IMG/VR virus record: IMGVR_UViG_3300006789_000092
Span: 1-32,372 of that record
Direction: 5' to 3' (one strand)
DNA from: a virus
Taxonomy: Duplodnaviria > Caudoviricetes
Length of the DNA: 32,372 nt
This document shows, one piece after another, positions 1-10,000 of the stretch; within the stretch, counting starts at the first letter, position 1; each line of letters starts with the position of its first letter. Both the position numbers and the translations under genes were made by a program. Below the pieces are notes generated by a model. The model was not told where the DNA came from, did not search any database, and saw nothing but the letters and a program-made list of their open reading frames with translations.

Positions 1-407
1 ATATCTACAGCGCTATCTGAAGCACTTAATTTTATAGCTAATCTATAATTTTTACTATCATAATTTATATCACTTTTAGGAATAAGTAATGAAACTTTAT
101 TAGGAATTACAAGTCCTTTAAAGAAATAATAAACTTTAGTTGTATCATCCTGTGCATTCCAATTACCATCTTTACCTAAATAATTCCTCTCTCCTACTAC
201 TGCAGTTACATATAAATCTACACCAACAGAATCAGTAGCGTGAACATTAGCTAATGATATAGATTCAATATTATTAAAAGCTCTAAGTAAAGATGAATCT
301 TCTCTGCTAGCCGATGAAGTATGACTCATTTCTGATACAGTAGATCTAGTTCTTCCTATTATTATCTTTTCACTATCTCCTGTTATATTTAAATACTTAT
401 ATGCCAT
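1..407 (-). CDS. Hypothetical phage structural protein, runs off the window edge; missing from the ORF track
   Basis: ATG at 407 directly abuts the stop of the 408..701 ORF. Manual translation is open to base 1 (MAYKYLNITGDSEKIIIGRTRS...SISLANVHATDSVGVDLYV...YRLAIKLSASDSAVD), about 135 codons, beta-rich. Confidence 0.8.
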   Translation of the reverse strand, partial: MAYKYLNITGDSEKIIIGRTRSTVSEMSHTSSASREDSSLLRAFNNIESISLANVHATDSVGVDLYVTAVVGERNYLGKDGNWNAQDDTTKVYYFFKGLVIPNKVSLLIPKSDINYDSKNYRLAIKLSASDSAVD

Positions 408-701
408 TTAAACATCTGTAAGACTTGAAAAGTCACTTAAAGTTTTTAAATGCACATAAGTTTGTTTTACTATATTCATATTTACTGCGTTTGATACTGA
501 TGGTGTAAATGAACCTGATATTGTAGTTATTGCATCATCACCAGCAGTTCTAGCATCTGCATCTTTATATATTCTAACTGCGTAATCAGCATAAAGTGTA
601 GTGCTAGATGAATCCATGACTCTATAATATACTTCCATTACTCTTACATACGCGGTTGGTATTGTTAATCCTTTAAATGTTTGTTCTCCTGTTAATGCCA
701 T
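408..701 (-). CDS. Small tail-fibre-associated protein
   Basis: 97 aa, lies just downstream of the fibre genes; C-terminal 'QTYVHLKTLSDF' resembles small fibre-accessory proteins. Function inferred from position. Confidence 0.55.
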   Translation of the reverse strand: MALTGEQTFKGLTIPTAYVRVMEVYYRVMDSSSTTLYADYAVRIYKDADARTAGDDAITTISGSFTPSVSNAVNMNIVKQTYVHLKTLSDFSSLTDV

Positions 702-721
702 AGTTACTATTTTTATAGTTA

Positions 722-1000
722 TTATTTTGTTGGAGTAAATTCATTAGTATCTAAATTAACATTTCCATTACCGTATTTGGCTTCTAACTTTTTAGCAACG
801 TCATTCTGCTTCTCACTAAGTTTTAATAATCTACTCATTAACTCTTTTTTTCTAGTTTCTAAATTTGCAAAAGCGATTTCAGTTTCACCAATTACAAGCG
901 TCACGTTTGAAATAGAAGATCTAAGATCTCCAACTTCTTTAATTTCGTCTTCAGTTAATTTAACTACTTTTGTTTCTGTTTCTGTTTTTGTTTTTGTCAT
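722..1000 (-). CDS. Small coiled-coil protein, possible fibre assembly chaperone
   Basis: 92 aa, helical and charged, ends 'LEAKYGNGNVNLDTNEFTP'; follows a tail fibre gene. Confidence 0.6.
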   Translation of the reverse strand: MTKTKTETETKVVKLTEDEIKEVGDLRSSISNVTLVIGETEIAFANLETRKKELMSRLLKLSEKQNDVAKKLEAKYGNGNVNLDTNEFTPTK

Positions 1001-1038
1001 AATTTTTGGTTTTTAATTTTACTTATTAATAATAATTG

Positions 1039-1046
1039 CAAATATA
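1039..1046 (-). promoter_or_regulatory. Candidate Bacteroidota sigma-70 -7 element (TAnnTTTG)
   Basis: Minus strand reads TATATTTG(CAA) in the gap about 40 nt upstream of the ATG at 1000. No clear -33 TTTG. Confidence 0.45.
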
Positions 1047-1063
1047 CATAATTAATTTAACTA

Positions 1064-2656
1064 CTACTCTCCTTCCGGATTCACACATAAGTTGCATGTC
1101 CACTGTGCTTCGTTATGAGTTATTTTACATTTTAATGCCCCATCAGACTGGTCCATATATATTACAGCATAACCATCAGATGGATAACTAGGTGCCGCTG
1201 ATTTTTGTAGTGTAATTCCAGCTAGTCCAGAAGCGGTTGCCCCAACCGTAAACCCACCTGTCATAGTAAGATTTCTTATTCCAGTATAATCTTTATTAGA
1301 ATCTAATACTACTGTTTTGCTAGCAACAGCAGTACCAATAGCTGTACTACCTAAATCATTATAATTAATTTCACCAACAACTACAGTTGCACCATCTAAT
1401 ATATTTAATTCCGCAGGTGTTGACGTTATTGCCGTTGTTGTAGCCGCTGAAAGAACCGGTATATAGCCACTTTGATTTATTATATATTGTGTGCGATCTC
1501 CAGTAGGATCTACAATTGATAATGATGTTTCATGTGCATCAGCTGTAGCTCCTTCAAATATTATTGGTGTTCCAGCGTTTAATGTCATTGCACTAGTAAG
1601 CTCTGACGTGCTAGTTACAGTTAGTTTATTTGTATATAAGGTTCCTGTATTTGGATTATACTTAAACACACCTGTATCATCTAACAATGTATTTCCTCCT
1701 TCATCATGAAATACTACTGGGAAAGCTTCGTTGTTGTTGTTATCAGTAACGGTAATTTTATTAGCATTAACCGTAGGGATATAATTAGCGAGAGTTGTTC
1801 CGTTAACTGTTATCGCGTCAGCTTCTAGTGTTCCGTCTATGTCTACATTTCCTGATATATCTAAGGATGCGGCTTCTATCTCACCAGATGCTTTAAAGAT
1901 AACATTGTTTCCAGTGCTGACTCTAAAAGTAATTTCATTATCAGTTGTGAAATCTATTAAGTTATCTGCGTCTCTACCTATCTTAAGATCTGTTGCGTAA
2001 TTATTACCACTAAGACTACCGCCAGCAGCATCTTCCCAAGCTACACCGCTACCAGTAGAAGTTAAAACTTGCCCATCACTACCTTGAGCTCCACCTACAG
2101 TTAGGTTATCGGTTTCTAAAGTTCCGTCTACATCTACGTTACCAGATATATCTAATGAACCAGCATCAATTTCTCCAGTAACAAACAGCGTATCTGCACT
2201 TTCATCCCATAACATATATTGACCACTAGTTGCACCAAAGAACTTTACGTCGTATCCAGTATTATCTACACCAATATTTATTGGGACACCTACTTCTATT
2301 GTTTTAGCACTACCATCTAGTGCAAGATAAGTTGCAACACCCCCACTATTATCATCTGATTGGAATATTATATCTTTGTTGTTAGCGTTTTGTGTTAAAT
2401 ATAAATCACCAGTCCAGTTATTTATTTCGCTATTAGTTCCAGTATGTTTAAGTTGTAGATCACCTTCGGCTCCAGCGCCAGTACCACTACCTATTTTAAG
2501 AGGAGTAGCATCCGGTAACACTAAAGCATCTGCGCTTTCGTCCCAAAGCATGTACTTTCCAGCAGTAGCACCAAAGAACTGTACATCATGCCCGGTATCA
2601 TCTACCCCTATGGTAAGTTTACTATGTACTGTAATATCACTATAATATATTGGCAT
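1064..2656 (-). CDS. Tail fibre-like protein (G/T/D-rich, repeat-built)
   Basis: 530 aa. Duplicated IGVD-x-TG-x-DV-x-FFGAT-x-G-x-YMLWDESAD, two SLDISGNVD-x-DGTLE repeats, a GSDGQVLTSTGSGVAW fibre motif; ends in tandem TAG TAG. Confidence 0.75.
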   Translation of the reverse strand: MPIYYSDITVHSKLTIGVDDTGHDVQFFGATAGKYMLWDESADALVLPDATPLKIGSGTGAGAEGDLQLKHTGTNSEINNWTGDLYLTQNANNKDIIFQSDDNSGGVATYLALDGSAKTIEVGVPINIGVDNTGYDVKFFGATSGQYMLWDESADTLFVTGEIDAGSLDISGNVDVDGTLETDNLTVGGAQGSDGQVLTSTGSGVAWEDAAGGSLSGNNYATDLKIGRDADNLIDFTTDNEITFRVSTGNNVIFKASGEIEAASLDISGNVDIDGTLEADAITVNGTTLANYIPTVNANKITVTDNNNNEAFPVVFHDEGGNTLLDDTGVFKYNPNTGTLYTNKLTVTSTSELTSAMTLNAGTPIIFEGATADAHETSLSIVDPTGDRTQYIINQSGYIPVLSAATTTAITSTPAELNILDGATVVVGEINYNDLGSTAIGTAVASKTVVLDSNKDYTGIRNLTMTGGFTVGATASGLAGITLQKSAAPSYPSDGYAVIYMDQSDGALKCKITHNEAQWTCNLCVNPEGE

Positions 2657-2678
2657 ATTATTTATTTAATTAATTATT

Positions 2679-5426
2679 CTACGAGTACGCTATACTTGAT
2701 GGTGCTACACCTCCTTTTAAACTTGTAATAACAGCTCTAATATTATTTGGAGGAGTTGTACCAAAATCAACAGTTATCGCATTTGTATCAGGAGTATCAG
2801 CATCATCTTCTGTTCTGAAAATATCAGCAAATACTTGTGCATCGGTTGCCACGTCATATAATTCAACCGATACATCCGCCGTACCTAAATCATGTTCTAT
2901 TGTAGCTCTTTTATTAGTTGATAAACTTCCCACTGCTATTGTTTGAACAACTTGTACTGTACCATGTATATACGTCGATACTGTATCAACATTAGTCATT
3001 CGCATAGTTCCACCGTCGTTAACCAATATTCCATCACCAGACGCTACAGCAGTAGTACCTCTTGCGGTACCTCCATCAATAAGGTTTATTTCTGCAGCAG
3101 TAGTAGTTACATTTGTACCTCCAATATCTAAAGTCGTCATTGAAACTTCACCAGCCACTGTTAATAAACCGTCTGCAACCGTCATTAAGTCTGTATCATC
3201 TGTATGGCCAATTGTTGTTCCATTAATAAGAACATTGTCAATATCAAGTGATCCACCAGAGATTAATCCAGTTGTAGTAATAGCTGAAGAACCTGTATCT
3301 ATAGTTCCAAAACCTGATGTGATAGATCCAGAATTTAATGCTCCGGTTGTCACTATACTTGAGCTACCTGCTATAACACCAAATTTATCATTAATACCGG
3401 CTGACGTCATAATATGAGCATCGTCGTCGGTAAATTCACCTGAATCATCGACTCCTGTAATTGTATTACCATCCATTGTGAAACTAGCAAGAGAACTAAA
3501 TGTTTTTGCACCACTAAAGGTTTGTGTGGTTGACAAATGAGCTGTGTCAGAATCTAAGTAAGCTGAAGCAATTGCTGTTCCCTGCCAAACTCCAGTTCCA
3601 ATTGTTCCAACCGTGGTAAGTGAAGATGTAACTACACCACTACCTAAAGTAGTTGGACCTAAAACTTCTGTCCCGTTTATTTTATAAACATTACCCGTTG
3701 CCGAAGTATCTATATCAACGTTGGATTGCCACGCTGTATTAGCATGTACATATTTCCAATAAATATTTGTGGCTCCAGTAGCATCAATCTCTAAACCAGA
3801 ACCATTAGCATTTGCTATTGTATCATTACCTTTAGAACAAGTAATTAAATCATCAGTAACAGAGAGCGTTGTTGATGATACAGTTGTAGTAGTACCACTA
3901 ACTGTTAAATCACCAGTAATTGTTGTAGTGGAACCTGCGCCAGCGCCAATAGTTACATCAACCTCACTATCATCATCAGCTTGTCCAGCAATTGTTAAAC
4001 CTAAAGTATTTGTACCATCATTTTCTGCCACATAAAATCTCATTGATGCTGCTTCAGAACCTGCTGCTGAATCTGTAATAATAGCATCTATATATGCTAG
4101 TTTTTGATGTGTATTTTCTCCTGCATCAGTACCATACCATGATATAGTACCCATAACATCATTATCATCACCAGATGCACTATCTTTATTAAATCTTAAC
4201 TCACCAGCTGTTGCGCCAGCATGTGTGTTTGTAATATGAACTATTGGTTCGCTTGCAGATGATGAACTAAATGTTGAACCAGTACCACCTGATATAGCGC
4301 CTGTAGTTGTTATGGTAGAGGACCCATTATTAATAGTACCAAACCCACTTGTAATAGAACCGGAATCAAGAGCTCCAGTCGTTACTATACTAGAACTTCC
4401 CGCAATCGCACCATAAATAGAACCAATAGCTGTACTACCTATAGTAATTGCATCAGCTTCTAATGTGCCATCAATATCGGCATCACCACTAACATCTAAA
4501 GATCCGGCGTCTAACTCGCCAGATAACGTAACGTTTCTAAGACCAGTATAATCTTTGTTTGAATCTAATATAACAGCTTTACTTGCCACAGCTGTTCCTA
4601 CAGCCGTAGCACCTATATCTAAAGCGTTAAGTTCACCAACAACAGCAGTAATACCATCTAAAACGTTTATTTCAGCAGCAGTAGAAGTTACACCATCAAG
4701 AATGTTTAATTCCGCTGCAGTAGCGCTTACAGTAGTTCCACCTATAGAGAAAGCGTCTGTTTCTAAAGTACCGTCAACATCAACATCACCGCTAATATCT
4801 AAAGATGTAGCTTCAATTTCACCTGAAGCTTTAAAAGTTATAGCTTGATTTGTTGAAACAGTAAACTTAATTTGATCGTCAGTACCAAAATCTATAAGGT
4901 TGTGAGTATCTCTACCTAAAGTTAAAGCAGCGTTTGTAAGGGAAGTTATGTTTGTATTTGCAGCTGTAACTGCCACATCGTTAGCGTTTGCTGTTATACC
5001 GTCTCCACCAATAACATTTAAAACAGCACTAGAAGCCGTCATACCAGCCCCAGCAAATAGTGTTGCAATATCATCTATTGATTCTAATTGTTCAGTTGAA
5101 CCATCACTATCTAATACCGCTAATTTATCTCCACTCGCAATTTGTACATCACTAAGTTCTGAAAGATCTAATGTTAGTGTAACACCGCCTGAAGTACCGC
5201 CACCTGATAAACCAACACCAGCCGTAACAGCTGTAATGTCACCTTCAGCTCCCGCTCCTAAATCTACCCAACTATCATTATCCCTATAATACATAGTATT
5301 TGCACCTGTATCATAGTATATTTGTCCTTCAGTAGGACTGCCAGGAGCTGACCCTAAATTATCTATAACTACATTCTGTATCTCATTTGTATTTAAGTCT
5401 ATACTACTATAAAATTCTATTGCCAT
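2679..5426 (-). CDS. Long tail fibre protein
   Basis: 915 aa. N-terminal 'PGSPTEGQIYYDT' fibre motif, TAAE(L/I)N-x-LDG repeats, duplicated AGSSSIVTTGAL-x-SGSITSGFGTI block, C-terminal HDLGT domain. Confidence 0.8.
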   Translation of the reverse strand: MAIEFYSSIDLNTNEIQNVVIDNLGSAPGSPTEGQIYYDTGANTMYYRDNDSWVDLGAGAEGDITAVTAGVGLSGGGTSGGVTLTLDLSELSDVQIASGDKLAVLDSDGSTEQLESIDDIATLFAGAGMTASSAVLNVIGGDGITANANDVAVTAANTNITSLTNAALTLGRDTHNLIDFGTDDQIKFTVSTNQAITFKASGEIEATSLDISGDVDVDGTLETDAFSIGGTTVSATAAELNILDGVTSTAAEINVLDGITAVVGELNALDIGATAVGTAVASKAVILDSNKDYTGLRNVTLSGELDAGSLDVSGDADIDGTLEADAITIGSTAIGSIYGAIAGSSSIVTTGALDSGSITSGFGTINNGSSTITTTGAISGGTGSTFSSSSASEPIVHITNTHAGATAGELRFNKDSASGDDNDVMGTISWYGTDAGENTHQKLAYIDAIITDSAAGSEAASMRFYVAENDGTNTLGLTIAGQADDDSEVDVTIGAGAGSTTTITGDLTVSGTTTTVSSTTLSVTDDLITCSKGNDTIANANGSGLEIDATGATNIYWKYVHANTAWQSNVDIDTSATGNVYKINGTEVLGPTTLGSGVVTSSLTTVGTIGTGVWQGTAIASAYLDSDTAHLSTTQTFSGAKTFSSLASFTMDGNTITGVDDSGEFTDDDAHIMTSAGINDKFGVIAGSSSIVTTGALNSGSITSGFGTIDTGSSAITTTGLISGGSLDIDNVLINGTTIGHTDDTDLMTVADGLLTVAGEVSMTTLDIGGTNVTTTAAEINLIDGGTARGTTAVASGDGILVNDGGTMRMTNVDTVSTYIHGTVQVVQTIAVGSLSTNKRATIEHDLGTADVSVELYDVATDAQVFADIFRTEDDADTPDTNAITVDFGTTPPNNIRAVITSLKGGVAPSSIAYS

Positions 5427-5437
5427 TGTTTTATTTT

Positions 5438-5830
5438 TTAATTAAAATATGCTTTTCCTTGTAACGCTTGAGGATCTCCTTCCCCACTAAAAAACGTTAA
5501 TGTTACTCTATTTGGCGTTGTATAAACTACTGTTGCTACAATTACAGTAGGTGGATCAGCAGTATCTACAACTGTTACCGATGGATATTTATTCAAATTA
5601 TGATTAATAACCCAAGTGGATTCTGTACTAGTTTGAGTATGAACATATGTCGCATTAGTCCAAGATACTGTATCTCCATCTGTTGTCAATATTTTTGAAA
5701 ATCCAGTAGCAGATCCACTTAAATCTATATCTACACTACTTGCTGGTGAACCAGAAGAACCTGTAGCATCGTACAATTTATTTCTAATTCTAACAGCAAA
5801 GTCGAATATATACTGTCCTATCCATTTCAT
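5438..5830 (-). CDS. Small tail/fibre-associated protein
   Basis: 130 aa with 'HTQ...STWVINHNLNKYPSVTVVD', a motif typical of phage fibre-tip or accessory domains. Confidence 0.6.
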   Translation of the reverse strand: MKWIGQYIFDFAVRIRNKLYDATGSSGSPASSVDIDLSGSATGFSKILTTDGDTVSWTNATYVHTQTSTESTWVINHNLNKYPSVTVVDTADPPTVIVATVVYTTPNRVTLTFFSGEGDPQALQGKAYFN

Positions 5831-5831
5831 T

Positions 5832-6302
5832 TTATATTGCGTCTAAATCAATATAGGTTATTGTAACATTATCTCCTTTTTCTAATGCTCTCGCAATTGG
5901 TGGATATATTCGCTTATACGCCTGGGTAGAGTGCCCAATGTATCCATCTTTTCTAATAGCATTATTCTCCTGACTATCACCCAAGAGTAAGCACCCTCCA
6001 GTAGAGTCATCAGTATTGCCGCAATGAATGAGAATCCACTCAAAGCCAGGTACATCAATAATATGAAGCATACCCCTATGAATATCAGAAAACCTTTTAC
6101 TATATTTTTTATTATATCCACCTTCTTTTCTTAATTTAATATTGTATCTTCCTTGAGGAATTCTAGTTTCACCCATTACTTTTTCTTCTCTATGCTCATC
6201 CTCTAAAGTATAGCAAAGAAATTTTACGCCATTTGTTATATCAAATAATAAACCACTTGTAGAATCAGATTCACTACTAAATCTTAATACTTGAAGTTTC
6301 AT
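5832..6302 (-). CDS. DUF5675-family L,D-peptidase-like protein, candidate endolysin
   Basis: Motifs 'CYTLED', 'ETRIPQGRY' and 'ILIHCGNTDDSTGGCLLLG' (H...C catalytic pair). The start MKLQVLR at 6302 avoids overlap with the upstream gene; the track starts at 6320. Confidence 0.8.
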   Translation of the reverse strand: MKLQVLRFSSESDSTSGLLFDITNGVKFLCYTLEDEHREEKVMGETRIPQGRYNIKLRKEGGYNKKYSKRFSDIHRGMLHIIDVPGFEWILIHCGNTDDSTGGCLLLGDSQENNAIRKDGYIGHSTQAYKRIYPPIARALEKGDNVTITYIDLDAI

Positions 6303-6304
6303 AT

Positions 6305-6667
6305 CTAAGCTATTGACCAATATCCGTATTCAACTACACAAGCACCTCCTTGAGCCTCAGCTGTTATAGCTTGAGAACTGTATAAAGGAAAAAAAGCAAA
6401 TTCTCCTACTCTCATCTTTAATTTAGCATCTCCTCCAAGTTTTACTTGTACCCAATCTGTTGAATTTGTTCCAGAAACTACTTTTAAAAATACATATGAA
6501 AAAGCAGAATTACTTGCTATAACATCCTGGGCTGAACCTGTTGCTATAGATTTTCTTGATAACTCTGTAGGATTTGTTACTGTTAAAGTATCTGTTATTG
6601 ATACATTAGTAGAATCACTTAAAGTATCACTACTAGATAATGTTAATTTTGTTGTTAATGTTGCCAT
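6305..6667 (-). CDS. Hypothetical beta-sandwich structural protein, paralogue of 6689..7051
   Basis: 120 aa; MATLTTKLTLSSS...YVFLK...GEFAFFP. Confidence 0.7.
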   Translation of the reverse strand: MATLTTKLTLSSSDTLSDSTNVSITDTLTVTNPTELSRKSIATGSAQDVIASNSAFSYVFLKVVSGTNSTDWVQVKLGGDAKLKMRVGEFAFFPLYSSQAITAEAQGGACVVEYGYWSIA

Positions 6668-7053
6668 TTTATTTTATTTTATTTATTATTATACTTCCCA
6701 TAACATTATTTCTAATACAGGTGTTCCGGAAGCAGCGTCATATGCCAAATCATGAGCTCCCGCCCAAGGCATAAAACAAAATTCTCCAGCTCCAAGCATC
6801 ACTATATCTGTTCCACCTGTTGTAGCTCTAATATCAATTCTTTCATCTGTATCTGTGCTTAAATTCTTTAAATATAGATAAGATTTACCATAATCTGCTG
6901 CTGCTAAAAATACTGCTGCTGTCGTTGAAGTTGCCATTCTTTTTTGTATTACATCATTAGAAAATGTTAGTGTATCTGTTACTGATAAACTTAAAGTATC
7001 ACTTGTAGCAGTTGAACTAGATAATGTTAATTTTGGTGTTAATGTTGCCATTT
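6632..7053. repeat. 38-nt direct repeat covering the 5' ends of the two paralogues
   Basis: actagataatgttaattttg(t/g)tgttaatgttgccattt at 6632..6669 and 7016..7053, one mismatch. Also acttaaagtatcact at 6617..6631 and 6989..7003. Confidence 0.85.
6689..7051 (-). CDS. Hypothetical beta-sandwich structural protein, paralogue of 6305..6667
   Basis: 120 aa; MATLTPKLTLSSS...YLYLK...GEFCFMP. Confidence 0.7.
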   Translation of the reverse strand: MATLTPKLTLSSSTATSDTLSLSVTDTLTFSNDVIQKRMATSTTAAVFLAAADYGKSYLYLKNLSTDTDERIDIRATTGGTDIVMLGAGEFCFMPWAGAHDLAYDAASGTPVLEIMLWEV

Positions 7054-10000
7054 CTATTTAATTTTATTTGTTAATATTTTTTTACTTACACTTCCATCAT
7101 CATATATATATAATAGAAGTTGCTTATTAATTTCTTTTACAGGCCTCCCCAATAAATCTGTAATTGCTACTAATTTCTTTTTACTTACATTCCTAGTTAA
7201 TATAGGACCAACCCAAGTTCCTTCACAATAGTCATATGTTGCTTGACATATATCATCCCATGCATTATAACAACAATAGTCGTCTACTGATATTACCCAG
7301 GCATAGCAAGGGTCATTGAGCCAATAAGGATTACCCGCACCAGTGATACAACCAGCATCATATAAGCAAGAAGCAGAGTCATTAACATTAGCCGTAATAT
7401 CATAGTTGTACGCAGACTGATCCATACATCCTTCAACCACAGCCACACACGAACCATTGTCAGTATTAGCCAACGAATCATAATTAAGGGCAATAGGGTC
7501 AGTGCAACCATATATGAAAGGAATACAACTAAAATCTTCTGTATTAGCGGATGGGTTGTAATTGAGCATAGAAGGGTCAGTACACCCATAAATAAAAGGT
7601 ACGCAAGAATTGTTATCAACATTGGCTAAAGGGTTAAAGTTAAACATTGTGCTATCAGTACATCCATATAATATAGGTATACAACTACCATCATCAGTAT
7701 TACAAGAATCACAGTAATTAAGAGCTAGAGGATCTGTACATCCGTATATATAAGGAATACAAGTATTATTATTAGTATTAGCAAAAGGGTCATAATTCCA
7801 CATAGTTGAATCTATACAACCATATAGATACGGAATACATGAGCCATTATCTGTATTAGCTAAAGGATTATAGTTAAACATCATAGCATCTATACACCCA
7901 TATATAACAGGAACGCAAGAACTATCTAATGTATTAGCTACAGGATCATAATTGAAAGCAGTGGGATCAGTACACCCATAAATTATAGGTATACACGAGC
8001 CATTATTTGTATTTGCAAGTGGGTCATAATTAAAAGCTAAAGCATCTGTACATCCAAAGATAATAGGTATACATGAACTATCACTAGTGTTTGCAGCTGC
8101 ATTATAGTTAAACATAGTATCATCCATACAACCATATATAAACGGTACACAAGATGAAGAATCGTTTACATTAGCAGACGAATTAAAATTAAATGCAGTA
8201 GAATCCATACATCCAACAACTATAACTACACAACTACCATCATCTACATTTGCTAAAGAATCGTAATTAAATGCTAAAGAATTTGTACAACCTAAAACTA
8301 TTGGAGTACAAGGTGCCGATGTATTTGCTAATGAATTATAATTTAATGCTGTAGAGTCCATACACCCATAAACTGCTGGTATACACATATTACCACAATA
8401 AGGCATTGCTGAATATGTTGGCCATAATGGAGCTTTAAAAGGTTGAAGTGCTCCTTGTCCATTATTATAAAATGGATTAGTTCCTTCTGATAATAGAGTA
8501 TCTCCTAATGAACTTGTTAATAAGAATGAATTATGTAATGTTTGGAATGCTATTTGTTGAGGTGGTTGCTGTGGTCCCCCAACTTGGAAATAGTAAACTA
8601 CCACTGGTTTATCTGTTTCTAAAAGAAGTGGGAATGATTGTGTATAATGACCAGGTCCCATTGTGAAATTCCAATTATTAGAACCTTGAGATACCCCTAA
8701 ATATGAATTACCCCAACCATCACCACCATCATCTTCTATTTGTAATGTGTAATTACATATTGGAACAATATCCATTGCAGTTGCGTAAGGATCATAATTA
8801 AATGCTGTTGAATCTACACATCCAAATACATGTAAATTAATACAAGAACTATCATTAACATTAGCTAATGAATTATATTCTTGATATGCTGGATCCATAC
8901 ACCCAAGTACACTAACTGGTCCTGCGCATGCTGGTGGCCATTGTCCTCCTGAATAAGCTGTTGAACCAAACCCTGGATTAGGTAAACTCCAAATTGTATC
9001 TCCATTACAATCAAATATAGTGCATGAACCATCAATAGAACCCCCAGTAGTTGAGCCTGCTAAACCATCTCCATAAGAATCATATAATATAAACTCAAAT
9101 CCTATTACACAATAAGTATATGTAAATGTTTTACCTACATCTCCAAAATCATATTCTCCCGCTTGAACCTCATCAATTGGTTGTCCATTAGTTAAATCAA
9201 TTAGTGTCCAACTTGTTTCACCTGGATAACCATCTAATGTTAAACTAATTGTTATCTCTGTTTCTAAAGAATCACATGCTATTATATCACAAGAACCATC
9301 ATCTACAGTTGCCCATGGATTATAATTATCTGCTGTTGAATCTGTACATCCTGGAATACATGAGTATGGTGTATAAAACAATGTATCTGATAATGTACTA
9401 TCTGCAAACATAGCTTGGAAGTATCTTTCTTCATCCCAATTAGGTGGTTGTTGTCCACTACCCATATAGATGCCCCAAATACCATTATTGATATTTACAT
9501 CATATACTTGGTTAAAGTTTGCTGTTCCATAAAATATTTTAATTACATTACAGTTAGGGTTTGGAGATGTTGTCCACTCATAATAAGTTAATACTTGAGA
9601 ACCTACACATTGTTGGGTTGCCCAAGTACTATCAAAACCTCCACAAGAAGGAAAGATACAAGACCCATCATTTATTGTAGCGGTTGAATCATAATTTAAC
9701 GCTATAGGATTCATACACCCACTAGACGGAGGGGCACACGGCATTACGTTTACTGTTGTATCTCTTAAATAAAAAGATACTCCTTGTAATTGCCAATCTA
9801 TAATTAACCCTTGGCATATATTCTTCATTTCAAACCACGCGGGTTGAGACGATGTCCACCCATCACCAAAACTATCATTTAATGTGACACGATAATTACC
9901 TGAAATTATATCTATTGTAGTATCTAAAAGTTGATAAGGAATTGTTGGTTCGTGAAATATAACCGTATCTCCAGTTATAGTATCTTCTACCATAAACCAA

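Noticed and set aside
7366-8370. Possible CRISPR array or DGR repeat
   Set aside because: The ~78-nt periodicity is a degenerate in-frame coding repeat with no invariant repeat-spacer pattern. There is no adenine-specific TR/VR pair and no reverse transcriptase in the window.
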